Assembly (NCBI RefSeq): GCF_964204645.1
Contig: NC_134032.1
Location: 4,426,175 to 4,490,174, forward strand
DNA: 64,000 nt
Direction of reading: 5' to 3'
Source of the DNA: Tubulanus polymorphus
Lineage: Eukaryota > Animalia > Nemertea
Below the pieces are notes generated by a model. That model was not told the DNA's origin and did no database searches. It saw only the letters and a program-made list of their open reading frames with translations. Each line of letters opens with the position of its first letter. Positions within the stretch are counted from its first letter, which is position 1. Position numbers and translations under genes: made by a program. This document shows positions 10,393 through 21,432 of this stretch, one piece after another.

Positions 10393-13179
10393 TTAAACCT
10401 GATCACTGACATTGCTACATTTCTGGCAAGTTCGTGTATTACTCGATGGTGACATTTTCTTGAAGAATCCTCCACAGTTACACTTCCGGATTATTTTGTG
10501 TAAGTGCAGTGATTTTGTTGAGTAGAGACCTTGATTCAAAAACATTAATTTTGTGCGGACTACTCTGTTCCGCAAACAGGAATAGATTCTGGCATCTTGG
10601 TTCATACTCGCATGCTTGCTTTCAAGCCCCTGCTCTCCAAAGAGCCCCAATGACTTCCATGTTTGGATGAATTCAGGCACGTGATAGATCAAAACATGCA
10701 ATTTGGGAGTTATATTCGCCGTGGGGAAATTTTGAGGAAACCATGTACCAAATTCATGAATACTGTTCACTACATGTTCTATTTCAGGTTCGGACAAAAA
10801 CCGACAAGCTGAATATACTTGATAGATATCTTGAAACTTCTCGAAAAGATCCAAAAATAACTTTCGGTCATTCGGATAATTGTTGAGACAGGATAATAGT
10901 ATTTGTGGATTGTTAATTCCATTTTCCTCATCCTTTTTAAACAACTTGTGTACATGGTTTCCTACAAAGCTATTCGAGTGATATGCCTGTCTGTCGACTC
11001 CTATCTTTTTAAGATTTTCATTTAGATCTTTTTGTATTGGTCCCATCTCTAAGGTTATGTCCTTATATATTTGGTTAAGCTTGGTTCTTCTCGGATTTAA
11101 CAGTACTTTTATTGATGGAATTTCTATATCTTTGATTTTGCTCATGTTTTCTTCTGCTTGTTTCAGGAATTTATCCGGTGTTATTTTTTTGTCCGCAAGT
11201 GGCCGACATTTCAAACAAAGGAAATCGCTATCAGAAATATCAGGATCATATACAGATTGAACACATTGGCTGTGGTATGGTGCTTCGCAGTTCGTGCAAT
11301 ACAAATATATATGTGGCTGCGGATTCTCAATAGAACGAATTATACAAATCGGCGCCCCACAGTTTAATGGACTAGAGCGTTTTTTCTTTGCATTTTTCAA
11401 TAAGTCGACTAGCTCTTGACAAGATTGTAACTTCTGTTTTAGGCTATCCAGTTCATCCTGCAAGCTAGTTACAGATGCTGAAGCTGCTCTCCATGCTTCC
11501 CATTGCTCGGGAAAACGTTCTCCGAGGGAAGATTCATCAAGTTCACAACAACGTTTTTCTAGCATCTCGAAGAACATTAACCCTAAGCCAAGAGAAACAT
11601 GGAGACCAGGAGGAACTAGATGGCCTAAATCAGAGGGCTTGAAAAGCATACTACTTTGAATATTTTGTGTCTCCGCACCAATAACCCGTGGTGTAGCTTC
11701 AGCAGTTTGTGCATTCCTTAAATAGGACCCGATTGAACGCGATTGGTACTGCTTGAATGTTGGGGTATGAGGTGTTGCATCTTTTTTGCGCAAATCATGG
11801 AGTGTTACCTCACACCATAGGCATGGATAAGATGATGCGCTGCCTTGATGGCCCATCATCTGGCAAAGGAAATGAAGGTCCCCCATTAGAAATAGTCTAA
11901 CGGTAATTTCTTGATCAAAAACGATGATGGTTTTGACAGTTGAAATTTCACCCTGGAATTTTCCAAAAACCTTATTCAAATTCTCCAAACAGTCAACCCC
12001 TTCATAAAAACTGATCAAATGCGTTTGATCTGGACTATTCGGGGATGGTCCGTTTATGATGGCTAGTACCATCTTTGTACTACCGCCCCCTTTATCCACC
12101 CCGATCTTTGCCCATATTTCGTCATGAAATTCTGGGGACCTATTTAACTGATTTTTCATTATCAGTTTTTCTACTGACTTTTGTATTAATAGCTCTATTG
12201 ATGTCACAGAAACAAACGCTGACAATTGCTTTTCATGCGTTCTGCTATTAATTTCCAGTTCTATTTCACCAGCTTCAATGAATGTAGAAAACGACTCTTG
12301 TCTGGCTGCAAGCTCTTGTCTAATATTTCGACTAGACGGAAAAATCTGAATATTGTAATGTTTCAAGATTTTTTTAAGTTCAAGTAACTTATTCATCGGT
12401 AGTCTCAAATTTAATTTCAATTCTATTACTTGAGTTGGATCTAATTGATTTACAGTTGCGATACCGGCCAACTCCAGAGCCTTTTTGACTAAATCAGGAT
12501 ACCTTTTCATGAAACAAGATAATGTTACAGCCATATCATTGCCTGACGATGAAATAGAGGATAATTTATCCAAAACAAGTTTCAATTTTCTTGCTCTCGA
12601 GTCAAGAGTTTTCTTTGAGGCTGAACTGGAATTAATTGTTGGATGTTCTAATTTGGTGTAACAACTGCTTTTACTGCGAAAACTAGTAACAAGGGGAGTA
12701 GCTTCAAATGTTTCTAAGTTTGATGAATCTGTGTCAATTTTTAATAAATCTTGTGAATAAATTTGCTCAAGTTTCGCTTTCAAATTTTGAATTTCTTCAT
12801 TCTTCTGTCGAATTTGGTCGGATAATTCATCGATTTTCTCTTTCATGGTAATCAAATCAGGATGACAAGAACATTGACAATGAGACTTAACAGGTGATAT
12901 TGAACGTAAGGAAACCGAATTTAGATCACTACACTGGAGGAGGACATCAATATCAGACAAATCTACACCATCTACACCATCAACAGCAGATATCTCGAGT
13001 GGATTTTCCAGCAAAATATCGTCATTAGTCGAGCTTTCCTCTCTTTCCGTAAATTCACTACTCTGGCTTTCTTCAAATGTTGAATTTGCAACTATGTCCC
13101 TAGTTTTTGTTCCTAGGGAAATGTTAAGAGGGAAGAATAAATATGATTGTAGAAAATGGGTCCTTTCAAAGACCTTCAT
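10393..13179 (-). CDS. RAG1-core-like DDE transposase (Chapaev type) with internal coiled coil and PHD finger; probably the last exon of a spliced gene
   Basis: Motifs KIGVDKGGGSTK (D1), FLMGDLHFL (D2), YPCLWC, LHVSLG, FVGNH, TPKLHVLIYHVP and GEQGLESKH (E). C4HC3 finger CGAPIC..CTNC..HSQC..CLKC. A polypyrimidine-AG acceptor near 13113 suggests the first ~23 codons are intronic. Confidence 0.85.
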   Translation of the reverse strand: MKVFERTHFLQSYLFFPLNISLGTKTRDIVANSTFEESQSSEFTEREESSTNDDILLENPLEISAVDGVDGVDLSDIDVLLQCSDLNSVSLRSISPVKSHCQCSCHPDLITMKEKIDELSDQIRQKNEEIQNLKAKLEQIYSQDLLKIDTDSSNLETFEATPLVTSFRSKSSCYTKLEHPTINSSSASKKTLDSRARKLKLVLDKLSSISSSGNDMAVTLSCFMKRYPDLVKKALELAGIATVNQLDPTQVIELKLNLRLPMNKLLELKKILKHYNIQIFPSSRNIRQELAARQESFSTFIEAGEIELEINSRTHEKQLSAFVSVTSIELLIQKSVEKLIMKNQLNRSPEFHDEIWAKIGVDKGGGSTKMVLAIINGPSPNSPDQTHLISFYEGVDCLENLNKVFGKFQGEISTVKTIIVFDQEITVRLFLMGDLHFLCQMMGHQGSASSYPCLWCEVTLHDLRKKDATPHTPTFKQYQSRSIGSYLRNAQTAEATPRVIGAETQNIQSSMLFKPSDLGHLVPPGLHVSLGLGLMFFEMLEKRCCELDESSLGERFPEQWEAWRAASASVTSLQDELDSLKQKLQSCQELVDLLKNAKKKRSSPLNCGAPICIIRSIENPQPHIYLYCTNCEAPYHSQCVQSVYDPDISDSDFLCLKCRPLADKKITPDKFLKQAEENMSKIKDIEIPSIKVLLNPRRTKLNQIYKDITLEMGPIQKDLNENLKKIGVDRQAYHSNSFVGNHVHKLFKKDEENGINNPQILLSCLNNYPNDRKLFLDLFEKFQDIYQVYSACRFLSEPEIEHVVNSIHEFGTWFPQNFPTANITPKLHVLIYHVPEFIQTWKSLGLFGEQGLESKHASMNQDARIYSCLRNRVVRTKLMFLNQGLYSTKSLHLHKIIRKCNCGGFFKKMSPSSNTRTCQKCSNVSDQV

Positions 13180-14513
13180 TATTTGAATGAAATATGTGTT
13201 GAATTGAGCAGAATCAGAAATATTTGTCTCATATTTTTTGCAGATGTTAGTAAAAAATAAACCTGTACCGAATAAACCTGTACCACCTTAAACAGAGAAA
13301 CTGAAACTGGCCTCAGGGGTTTAATAGAGAACAACATATTTATCATACCTGCATTATCCTCATACTTATACTTGCATTATCCTCATTGTCGTTATCCTTT
13401 CATTTAAGTCATTTGATTGACAGTCACTCAATCAGAGTTCGAAATATAAAAAAACTTGTAAACCTCACAATCAACTAACGAATAACCAAAATTTCTAACA
13501 TGTGTAATGAATTTTAATTCTTTAATAAAAACATTCCAAAAAATATAGATATAAGACTCACTCCTACGCTTTTTTCTGGAACTTCCGAAGTACTTCTTTC
13601 TCGAATGGGCACCTTGCTTGGTAGTGAGATTTACTGAGCGCTTTTTTGATGCTGTAAAAAGTGAAATATAGTGCATCTTAATGTTTTCATATTGCCTTAA
13701 TCTTAATCTCAAGTTTAAAAAATTTGATATATTTACCAGTGGCTTGCTCAGCAGCAGACATTCCTAACGGTCAGTACTAATCATGCTAAAAATGAAAGAA
13801 TAAATATCTGGTCAAATAAATGTACTTCATTTCACTAAATAAAATTTCTAGGCCTTTTCATCGGGTATTTCTGGGCTTCTTATATATCAAATTTCTGTAA
13901 AAAAATAGGAGAGCACCATTATTCTACTCCAAGAGGAAATACATGGGAGGGGAAATCATTTTAGGGGCCGGAAAGTGGCCGCTCTATAAAATCGGTCGAA
14001 TTCTTACGAGGTACAAATTTACGAGCGTCAAAAAATCTCTGAAGCCCTAATTCGTCAATAGGGGTTATTGTATGTCAATTTCTTCATCTTTTTATGATCT
14101 ACCTCGCTAAATCGGAATCCACTATGAAGTATTATGTTTTAATGTTCGCTTTGGCATTAAACTATGAATAGCTTGGCATTTGGAGATGCCTAAATTATCA
14201 AAAAATTACTTACGATTTCGGAGCAGGTTGTCACGGTTTCTCCACCACGAACTAAAGTCTCAAACAATATACCGCGAGGTACCTCGGGTCTTCAGGAAGC
14301 GATCTATACTGGTTACGAATTAATATATGCCTATCCATTCATGTACTATGTACGCTCAAATACGAATGCCAAAGCCCGGTTTCTTCAGCTTTAAAGCGTT
14401 ACCAGCAGGTGCGCGTTAGGTCACGTGCGCGCCTTAGCCTATCAACAAGACTTTCACGCCGAAACGTTTAAAAGGTCAAGTTTCTAACTTCGTAGAAGAG
14501 CTGTAGAGCCGTG

Positions 14514-14737
14514 CCAACTGTAAAATATAAATATTTATCAAATATTCTACTATCAGAAGGAGTAGAAATAACAATATTTTCACCATTTTTATTAACATTT
14601 TTATTACTTATTTTTTCTTTTACAGCTTTTTTATATTCTTGTGATTTAATTCCTAATTGTCGAGACCATTCAATTTGTTTCTGAGTTCTCGGTTTTTTCT
14701 TCACAGTTAATTCCTTCACTTCTTTCACCTCGCTCAT
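14514..14737 (-). pseudogene. Polinton small membrane protein, 5' half (3' half continues leftward from 9002)
   Basis: KKKPRTQKQIEWSRQLG is homologous to 39913-40283. Its TM segment is split by the transposon. TAAATG start. Confidence 0.75.
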
Positions 14738-15275
14738 TTATTATAGAAATATTTTTACTTTCAATATTTGAAAATGTTATAACTCCAGTTGATAATAATG
14801 TCATAAATCCTCCTAATTGAAATGATAAATATCCAATCCATTTATTTAATTCAGTCATAACTAAATAGTCATTTTTTAAATCGGAATATAATCTATTTTC
14901 ATTTTCAATTGGTAGTATATAATTACATAATTTACTATAACCTTTTACTACATTTTCTGATATCGCGTCATTAATTCTAGCTGTTCTCGCGGCTTCATAA
15001 ATCTTAAATAATCTAATAATTTCATCTGATTTCATTGTATTTAATTCATTATAAGTTAAATTTTTACCGACAAAATTTTTACATTTTCCAGATGCTATTA
15101 ATATTTCTAATTGATGTTTACAATAAAGATAATATTCATAATTATTATTTGTTGTAACAATATTTAAAGCACCATCATCTGGAGTTAATTTTGTTTCTGT
15201 TATTCCTAAATCATATAAAGTTTTTTCAATTGGAACATCACCATTTTTAGATTTTATTTTCTTTTCACCTCCCAT
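14670..15275 (-). CDS. Polinton conserved hypothetical protein (201 aa), paralog of 40276-40878
   Basis: YEYYLYCKH..LEILIA..NDYLVMTEL..FQLG..STGVITFSNI is shared by both copies. TAAATG start. Confidence 0.8.
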   Translation of the reverse strand: MGGEKKIKSKNGDVPIEKTLYDLGITETKLTPDDGALNIVTTNNNYEYYLYCKHQLEILIASGKCKNFVGKNLTYNELNTMKSDEIIRLFKIYEAARTARINDAISENVVKGYSKLCNYILPIENENRLYSDLKNDYLVMTELNKWIGYLSFQLGGFMTLLSTGVITFSNIESKNISIINERGERSEGINCEEKTENSETN

Positions 15276-15299
15276 TTATATAACAAAAAAATTAATTGT

Positions 15300-15558
15300 G
15301 TGATGTTGCAACTAGAATTTAACTAGAATGTAACTAGAATTCAACTAGATTAACAAGCTAGTTGAAATATTGTTGTGTTTGTTTATTTCTTGTTAAATCT
15401 AGTTGATTTTTGTTTCAACTACAAACAACTAGAATTCAACTAGAATGTAACTAGAATTAAAATAGATTAACAAGCTAGTTAAAATATTGTTAAATCTATT
15501 TGATTTTTGTTACAACTACCAATAACTAGAATTAAACTAGATTAACAAACTAATTGAA
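15300..15558. repeat. AACTAGAAT 10-bp iterons in a duplicated block, with inverted CTAGTT copies
   Basis: More than 10 (C/T)AACTAGA(A)T units between the ATPase and the 201-aa gene. Weaker ACTAG repeats lie upstream of the paralog at about 40930-41085. Confidence 0.8.
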
Positions 15559-15559
15559 T

Positions 15560-16168
15560 TTAAATAAATTCATATTTAAATGGGTGTTGTAATCTAAATA
15601 GTAATTTTGATCTTTTAATATTTTTCAACTTATCCATATATTCATTATGTAAATCATGTGGAATAATATCATTTTCCTCAAGTGCATTTTTCATCGATTT
15701 TCTATCTTTATTGTAGAATAAAACTAGAAATCTTATATTCTCTCTAAAATCTTTCACAATTGAATTATATTTCTGATTTAAAACCCATGTTGTTATCCTA
15801 AAATGTCTCCCAGAGAAAGCTAAATACCATAACTCACTTTCTCTAACTTTTGAATCATGTAGATTAGCACAATCATCTATAATGAATAATGTATTTGATC
15901 CTTTATAAATATCAATTGCTATTTTAATACAATTATCTAAATTTTCTTTAACTGTTTTAGGATCTAATATAATAAATTTATTATTTCTAGTAATATTTCT
16001 ATCATAAGTTTGATTAAATTCATATGTTGGACAAAATAATACTATATTATCAAAATAGTTTTTGTAAACAGTTTCTAATAAATTTAATATAAAATAAGTT
16101 TTTCCACAATTTGTTACACCAGAAATTAACATATTATGAGGCTCAAATATAAATAATTCTTTATTCAT
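15560..16168 (-). CDS. A32/FtsK-like genome packaging ATPase
   Basis: Walker A GVTNCGKT, Walker B FIIDD, SGRH and NQ motifs. Start abuts the integrase stop (TAA-ATG). Confidence 0.92.
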   Translation of the reverse strand: MNKELFIFEPHNMLISGVTNCGKTYFILNLLETVYKNYFDNIVLFCPTYEFNQTYDRNITRNNKFIILDPKTVKENLDNCIKIAIDIYKGSNTLFIIDDCANLHDSKVRESELWYLAFSGRHFRITTWVLNQKYNSIVKDFRENIRFLVLFYNKDRKSMKNALEENDIIPHDLHNEYMDKLKNIKRSKLLFRLQHPFKYEFI

Positions 16169-17296
16169 TTATATATTTTTAATTTTACTTGATAATATCC
16201 ATTCATTGAATTTATCTGGCCATCCAACCCATTTTACTAAAGAATATTTTTTTCTTTTAATAGTTTTTGTTTTTAATACTTTTTCAATTTTATATTCTTG
16301 TTCTAGATTTTCAGTAGTTAAACTTAATTCTTCTTCGTAAAAGTAGCCATCAACTTTTTCACCATCTAAATCTTCTAATTTATAGACATATGGTTTTGTT
16401 GTTATTACCTTTTTTATTTTATATATTTCTCTAGTAAAATTTCGATCGTATCCTTTGTCAAATATCTTTTTATACTTAGAAATTCTAACATTTTGACCAA
16501 CTTTAAATTTAGGTTCACCAAAATCATCTACAAGAAATGCTCCATATAAATTATTCCAAACAATTTCAGCATTTTCAGGTTTTCTAGCATCAATAGGTTT
16601 CATTCCAATAGAAGAATGATAAGAATTATTATATCCTTCTATCAATTTTGGTAAAACATCAATCCATTTAAAAGTATTATTTGCTGTAAAATATTTCCAC
16701 ATTCTTGTTCTTAATGTTCTATTGAATCGTTCAACAACTGCAGCTTTTTCATCCGATTTTGTTGAAAAATATTTAATATTATGATTATCTAAGAGTTCAT
16801 GAACAAGTGAATTATCAAACTCTTTTCCATCATCAAATTGTATTTTTTCTGGTTTTAGTTTATCATCCGAAAGAAATTTTCTTAAAACATTTGATGTTTG
16901 TACAGCATCTTTTCTATAAAGTGGGAAACTCCATACATAACGACTAAAAATATCAATTATATTCAATAACCACCAATAATCATCATTATCTTTCTTAACA
17001 TTTTTCATATCAATTAAATCTCCTTGCCACTGTTGATCTACATAACTTACCATAGTTTTACGAGTTTTATATTTTCTAACAATTTTTTTATGTGTTGTAT
17101 ACGTTGGTTGTTCTAACATAAATTCATTTATATCTTTATATTTAACTAAATTTTGTGGGATTATCTTATCTAATTTATCTTGTTTTACTTTACGCCATAT
17201 ATTTTTAGTAGAAGAATAAGCAACCGAACTCTCAGGGTTGTAATATAAATTTCTTAAATATTGTTCTTTAGTATTAGGAGTTTTTTTACCACCCAT
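16169..17296 (-). CDS. Retroviral-like (rve) DDE integrase with C-terminal chromodomain
   Basis: WQGDLID, QFDDGKEF, AVVERFNRTL, YNNSYHSSIGMKP; chromodomain YKIEKVL..LVKWVGWPDKFNEWI. Confidence 0.95.
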   Translation of the reverse strand: MGGKKTPNTKEQYLRNLYYNPESSVAYSSTKNIWRKVKQDKLDKIIPQNLVKYKDINEFMLEQPTYTTHKKIVRKYKTRKTMVSYVDQQWQGDLIDMKNVKKDNDDYWWLLNIIDIFSRYVWSFPLYRKDAVQTSNVLRKFLSDDKLKPEKIQFDDGKEFDNSLVHELLDNHNIKYFSTKSDEKAAVVERFNRTLRTRMWKYFTANNTFKWIDVLPKLIEGYNNSYHSSIGMKPIDARKPENAEIVWNNLYGAFLVDDFGEPKFKVGQNVRISKYKKIFDKGYDRNFTREIYKIKKVITTKPYVYKLEDLDGEKVDGYFYEEELSLTTENLEQEYKIEKVLKTKTIKRKKYSLVKWVGWPDKFNEWILSSKIKNI

Positions 17297-17326
17297 TTAT
17301 ATATCCTTAATTTTAACTTTATATTT

Positions 17327-18574
17327 CTAATATTGAATACTATCTAATTGTGAATTTACAATATTTAATTGCGCGTCAGATATAATATAAATGTGCATTT
17401 TAAAATTTTTGATTCCCTTTTTCTTTGTCATGAATAATTGTATTCCGTCTTTAGTATTTTGTAGCTTTTTCCCAGAACCATGTAATAAATTATCTTCAGT
17501 GGTTCTAAAATCTAACCATAATGCGTATTTATTGCCGGTATAATAATCAATTTGATTAATGTTACAATTTTCAAATGATTTTACTTTTTCATTCATAAAA
17601 TGTTTTCTAATTTCTGGCCATTGATCAATCATTCTCATTCCTTGACAAAATATTTTATTTGCTATTCCTTCGATAGTTATTTCTACTTTTGTTATTTCAG
17701 GATTATAATAATTATCTACCTTTATTGCGCCATTAGTATACGTTCCAATGGTAAAAAATATTAATATACCTTTAATAGATCTTCTTGGGAAGTTAATATT
17801 CTCATTAATTATTTCATCATTTGCATTAATAGTTACAGTTTTAAATTTATCAATATAATCATATAATAATGAAAATCCTTGATTGTATTGAGTTTGAATT
17901 GTGTTAGCAATATTTTCATTAGTTATTGTGTTATATTCTAAACATATATTCGATAATTTATAACTCATATCTTTAACAACGTTAGATAATACAATTTCAT
18001 TTACAGGAGCAAATGTTATCTCAAATATAATATCTTCTTGAATTGCGTATTTATATAAAGGTGCATTATTATTTATCAATTCAAAGTCTAAAGGAATTTT
18101 ATATTTGCTTCCATAAATCTTTTTAATCAAATTATCTACGCCATTATTTACTACTGCGTTATTGGCTTCAGATCTTAATTTATTTTGGTTTTCTGATTGA
18201 ATACCCTGAAATATCATATTATTTCTATTTTCTTTAGTTAACCATAAATCTTTATAATGCATAAATAAATTATAATCATCTAATGAGAAAACTGTTTCCG
18301 GACCAATCTTTATAGTTAATTTTTTAATCAAATATCTTCCAACATTATCAACAACATAATTGTTATCATGGCCGGTTACTTTTATATCAGCTGATAAATA
18401 AATACTATTTGGAATATAAAAAGTATTTTGTGTTAATCTAGGAATTCTAACATATAAAGTTTCATCGGGATTAATATTAGAAGGGTTATGAGTAATTATA
18501 TGATGAGGTCTTTCTGCTTTAATAGCATTAGATATTCTAGAAATCTTAGAAGGACTTATATAACTCCCACTCAT
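17327..18574 (-). CDS. Putative major capsid protein (double jelly-roll), copy A
   Basis: 415 aa, beta-rich, with ITHNPSNI..YVRIP, NVGRYLIKKLTIKIG, YKIPLDF, LSNICLEY and RRSIKGILIFF. Size and position fit a Polinton MCP. Confidence 0.75.
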   Translation of the reverse strand: MSGSYISPSKISRISNAIKAERPHHIITHNPSNINPDETLYVRIPRLTQNTFYIPNSIYLSADIKVTGHDNNYVVDNVGRYLIKKLTIKIGPETVFSLDDYNLFMHYKDLWLTKENRNNMIFQGIQSENQNKLRSEANNAVVNNGVDNLIKKIYGSKYKIPLDFELINNNAPLYKYAIQEDIIFEITFAPVNEIVLSNVVKDMSYKLSNICLEYNTITNENIANTIQTQYNQGFSLLYDYIDKFKTVTINANDEIINENINFPRRSIKGILIFFTIGTYTNGAIKVDNYYNPEITKVEITIEGIANKIFCQGMRMIDQWPEIRKHFMNEKVKSFENCNINQIDYYTGNKYALWLDFRTTEDNLLHGSGKKLQNTKDGIQLFMTKKKGIKNFKMHIYIISDAQLNIVNSQLDSIQY

Positions 18575-18615
18575 TTATTAAACAAAAAAATTAATTATTT
18601 ATTTTTGATCATGGT

Positions 18616-20063
18616 TTACTTGATATTTTTTGATATCATGTTTACTAAACCAAAAATAATAGCACTTACAACAGTTATTAAAAATAAAATTATATGTTCA
18701 GCAGCAAAGTTAAGAATATTACCTGCAGATTTCAATATAAAACCAACAATTGAAGCAATAACTCCTGGCAATGCTGCAGCAGATTTTTTAGATAGTTCCC
18801 ATAAATATTTTGCTAATTTCTTTAAACCATCTTTAACTTTATCTTGTATAGAATTATTATCTGGGGGTTTATCTGGTTTATTGGGAGTAGGAGTAGATTT
18901 CAAAGCATTTGATATTGCTAAACCAATTGTTGTAAATAACATAGTTACAGCTGTTAGAATTGAAAGAATTGTTATTCCTTCTAATTTAAATAATAACTTT
19001 ATTCTATCTTTTAATGATATTTCAGAATTTGGTTTAATCAACAAATCTTTAAAAATAACTTTTAATCTATTAATATTATAATCATATGATTTTAATAATA
19101 ATTTAATTTCTTCTTTCTGTACTTCTAAATTATCTTTTAAATTACTAATTTAAGACTAATGTCTTTTTCTAAACGTAATTCTTTTTGCCTATATTCTATT
19201 TCATCAATTACTTGATGATCTAAATCAGACTTTAATTGTTCTATTTCTTTATTTTTATCAGTTAATTCTTTTTCTAAAGTTCTAATTTTAAAATCTCTTA
19301 TACTTTTATTATGTGCAATTTTATCAGATGCAAGTCTTATACTAATAATTTCTCTAATTGCTTTATCAGAAAATATATCTAAATCTTCTAATTCTTGATC
19401 TGTTGCATCAAATAATCCATTCGGTAAAAGTTTTTCAATTGGAACTTTATTTGATCTAAGTTTACTATTTTTGGAAGTTATATTCTGTTCAGAAGTTGTT
19501 TCTGTTTCTGATTTCTTTTTGATTATTTCAAATAATTCATTAATTCTTTGTTTAAATACATCTATATTATCATCTATTTCTTTTTGTGTAACATCAGTTA
19601 TTTCATTACTATTACTTATTATTTTAATTCTATCTGGTTTTAATTTTTCTAAAGTTGATTCTGATAATATTTTATTTTTATTATTTTTATAAGTGATATC
19701 AATATAATAATCACCTTTCAAACGATAATAACATTTACCATTATCTAAAGATTTTAATTGATCTGCTAAAAGTCCAACGTCTTCGTCATTTATGTTAAAA
19801 TTAGATTTTTCAATTAAATCTTCTAATTTAGGTATTTTGTTTAAATTATCTAAATCTTGTTTTACTAAATCTGGGTCTAAATTTTCAGGATTTAATTGTG
19901 ATTCTGCATTTTTAATATAATCAGGCATATTTAAATTATTGTTATATTCTGGTTCATTACCATCATTAAAACTTGTTTCATCAAAATCAGGTGGTTGTTC
20001 ATCAGTTATATCAGGTTCATCAAAAGGATCCATTCCAATATCTTCTCCACCTTCTACATTCAT
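18616..20063 (-). pseudogene. Acidic/coiled-coil membrane protein, copy A, frameshifted near 19150
   Basis: Two ORFs (19137-20063, 18616-19044) together match 33380-34948. An 11-bp insertion breaks the frame. Confidence 0.8.
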
Positions 20064-20079
20064 TTATATAATAAAAAAA

Positions 20080-21416
20080 TTAAAATTTAAAATATAATAT
20101 TCCTCCTATAACAATTCCTATACAAGTTATAGCTAATTTAGTATTTTCATGGAATTTATTATCATCATTTAGTTTAATTATATCATGTTGAATTTTATCG
20201 GTTTTAATATCACCGTGTGGGTGCCGTACGGCATCATTTTCTGTAGTATTGTAATCTTTTATTTTGGAATCATTATTTAATTTAATATTATTAGTTTTAG
20301 TTTCTGTTGATTGAATATGTTTTTTATTTTTTTCACCTTCCATTAATTTTGGAGCAGTAATAATCTTTTTATTTATATCATTTAATCCAATTGAATTATT
20401 TATTGTTGCAGTTTTAATTAGATTATTATAACCAATTATATTTCCCATCTTTAATACTAAATCATTAGAAATAATTAATAGATCAGGTCCTATACAATAA
20501 TCTAATCTAATATGTGATTTATCTAAATAATTTTGATATCTTACAATGTTTTCTGGAATCGATCTATTTTTATCATTATGAATGGAATCTTCAAATAATA
20601 CTTTGAATTGTTTCTGCGCATCAAATGAAGTACTATTATTTCCAACTATTGGTGATCTTGTTTCAACTTGTGCACCTAAAATACATATCAAATAAGTTCT
20701 AATTGATTGATTTATTCTTTGTATACCGGGTTTTGTAAATCCTTCACTATAAGATTCAATAAAATAAACCCAACCATTATTATTATTAATTTTATAATTA
20801 TGATAAGCTCCAATTCTATGCATATAATCAATTCTTTTTATTTCATACTGTTCACCGACACCTTGCAATTTACCATGCGCTCTAAAATCGAAATTAATAT
20901 TTATATTAAATTATTACATATTTTATAAAACTTAGATAGATTAATATTATTATCTAATTCTTTAAAATATTTTGATCCAGGTGAAGGGCATTCTAATTCA
21001 TTTAATATAATTCTAATTTGAAAGTATACATGAAATCTAAATATTGTATGAATGAATTTTAAATCAGAATATTTCAAATTTTTATCTAAGTTATTCAAGT
21101 GATCATGCCAACTTACACCACAACCAGCTGTTGCACAATGAACAGCAAAATTTAATTGATTCTGCCAATATTTCATATTAGATTTTACTTTATATATATT
21201 ATATTCATCTCGAGTAAAAGTAACTTCATATGTATTAAATATATTTTCCATTTTAGAAATAAAATAGTTTGTTTCAGTAACATAAATTTCTAAATTAATC
21301 AATGAAGGTAAAACTAAATTTTTATATATTATCATGTTACTAAAATCTATTGCTGGAATATTATATTTATAATATTCATGTGATTTATTATATTGGAAAG
21401 CTTTTGGAAACCCCAT
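20080..21416 (-). pseudogene. About 440-aa protein with C-terminal TM anchor, copy A, 1-bp deletion near 20913
   Basis: Two ORFs match 32062-33363 (TGTAATAATTT versus TGTAATGAATTT). Confidence 0.85.
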
Positions 21417-21432
21417 TTATATAATAAAAAAA

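Larger units (their letters stand above)
9003..14513 (-). mobile_element. Full-length Chapaev-type (CMC / Transib-RAG1-related) DNA transposon, 5511 bp
   Basis: TIRs CACGGCT(G/C)TACAGC at 9003 and 14513. 4-bp TSD CCAA at 8999-9002 and 14514-14517. Removing the element restores the Polinton ORF YLYFTVG|FVIVFILIGYNWYKK. Confidence 0.9.

Noticed and set aside
10393-13179. Calling the ORF host RAG1 or ProtoRAG
   Set aside because: Motifs, 4-bp TSD and lack of a recognisable RAG2-like partner fit a Chapaev-type transposase better.
18488-19081. Antisense ORFs conserved in both copies (also 34483-35004, 22164-22382, 31108-31314)
   Set aside because: Shadows of the sense genes with no TAAATG start; conservation is explained by the duplication.
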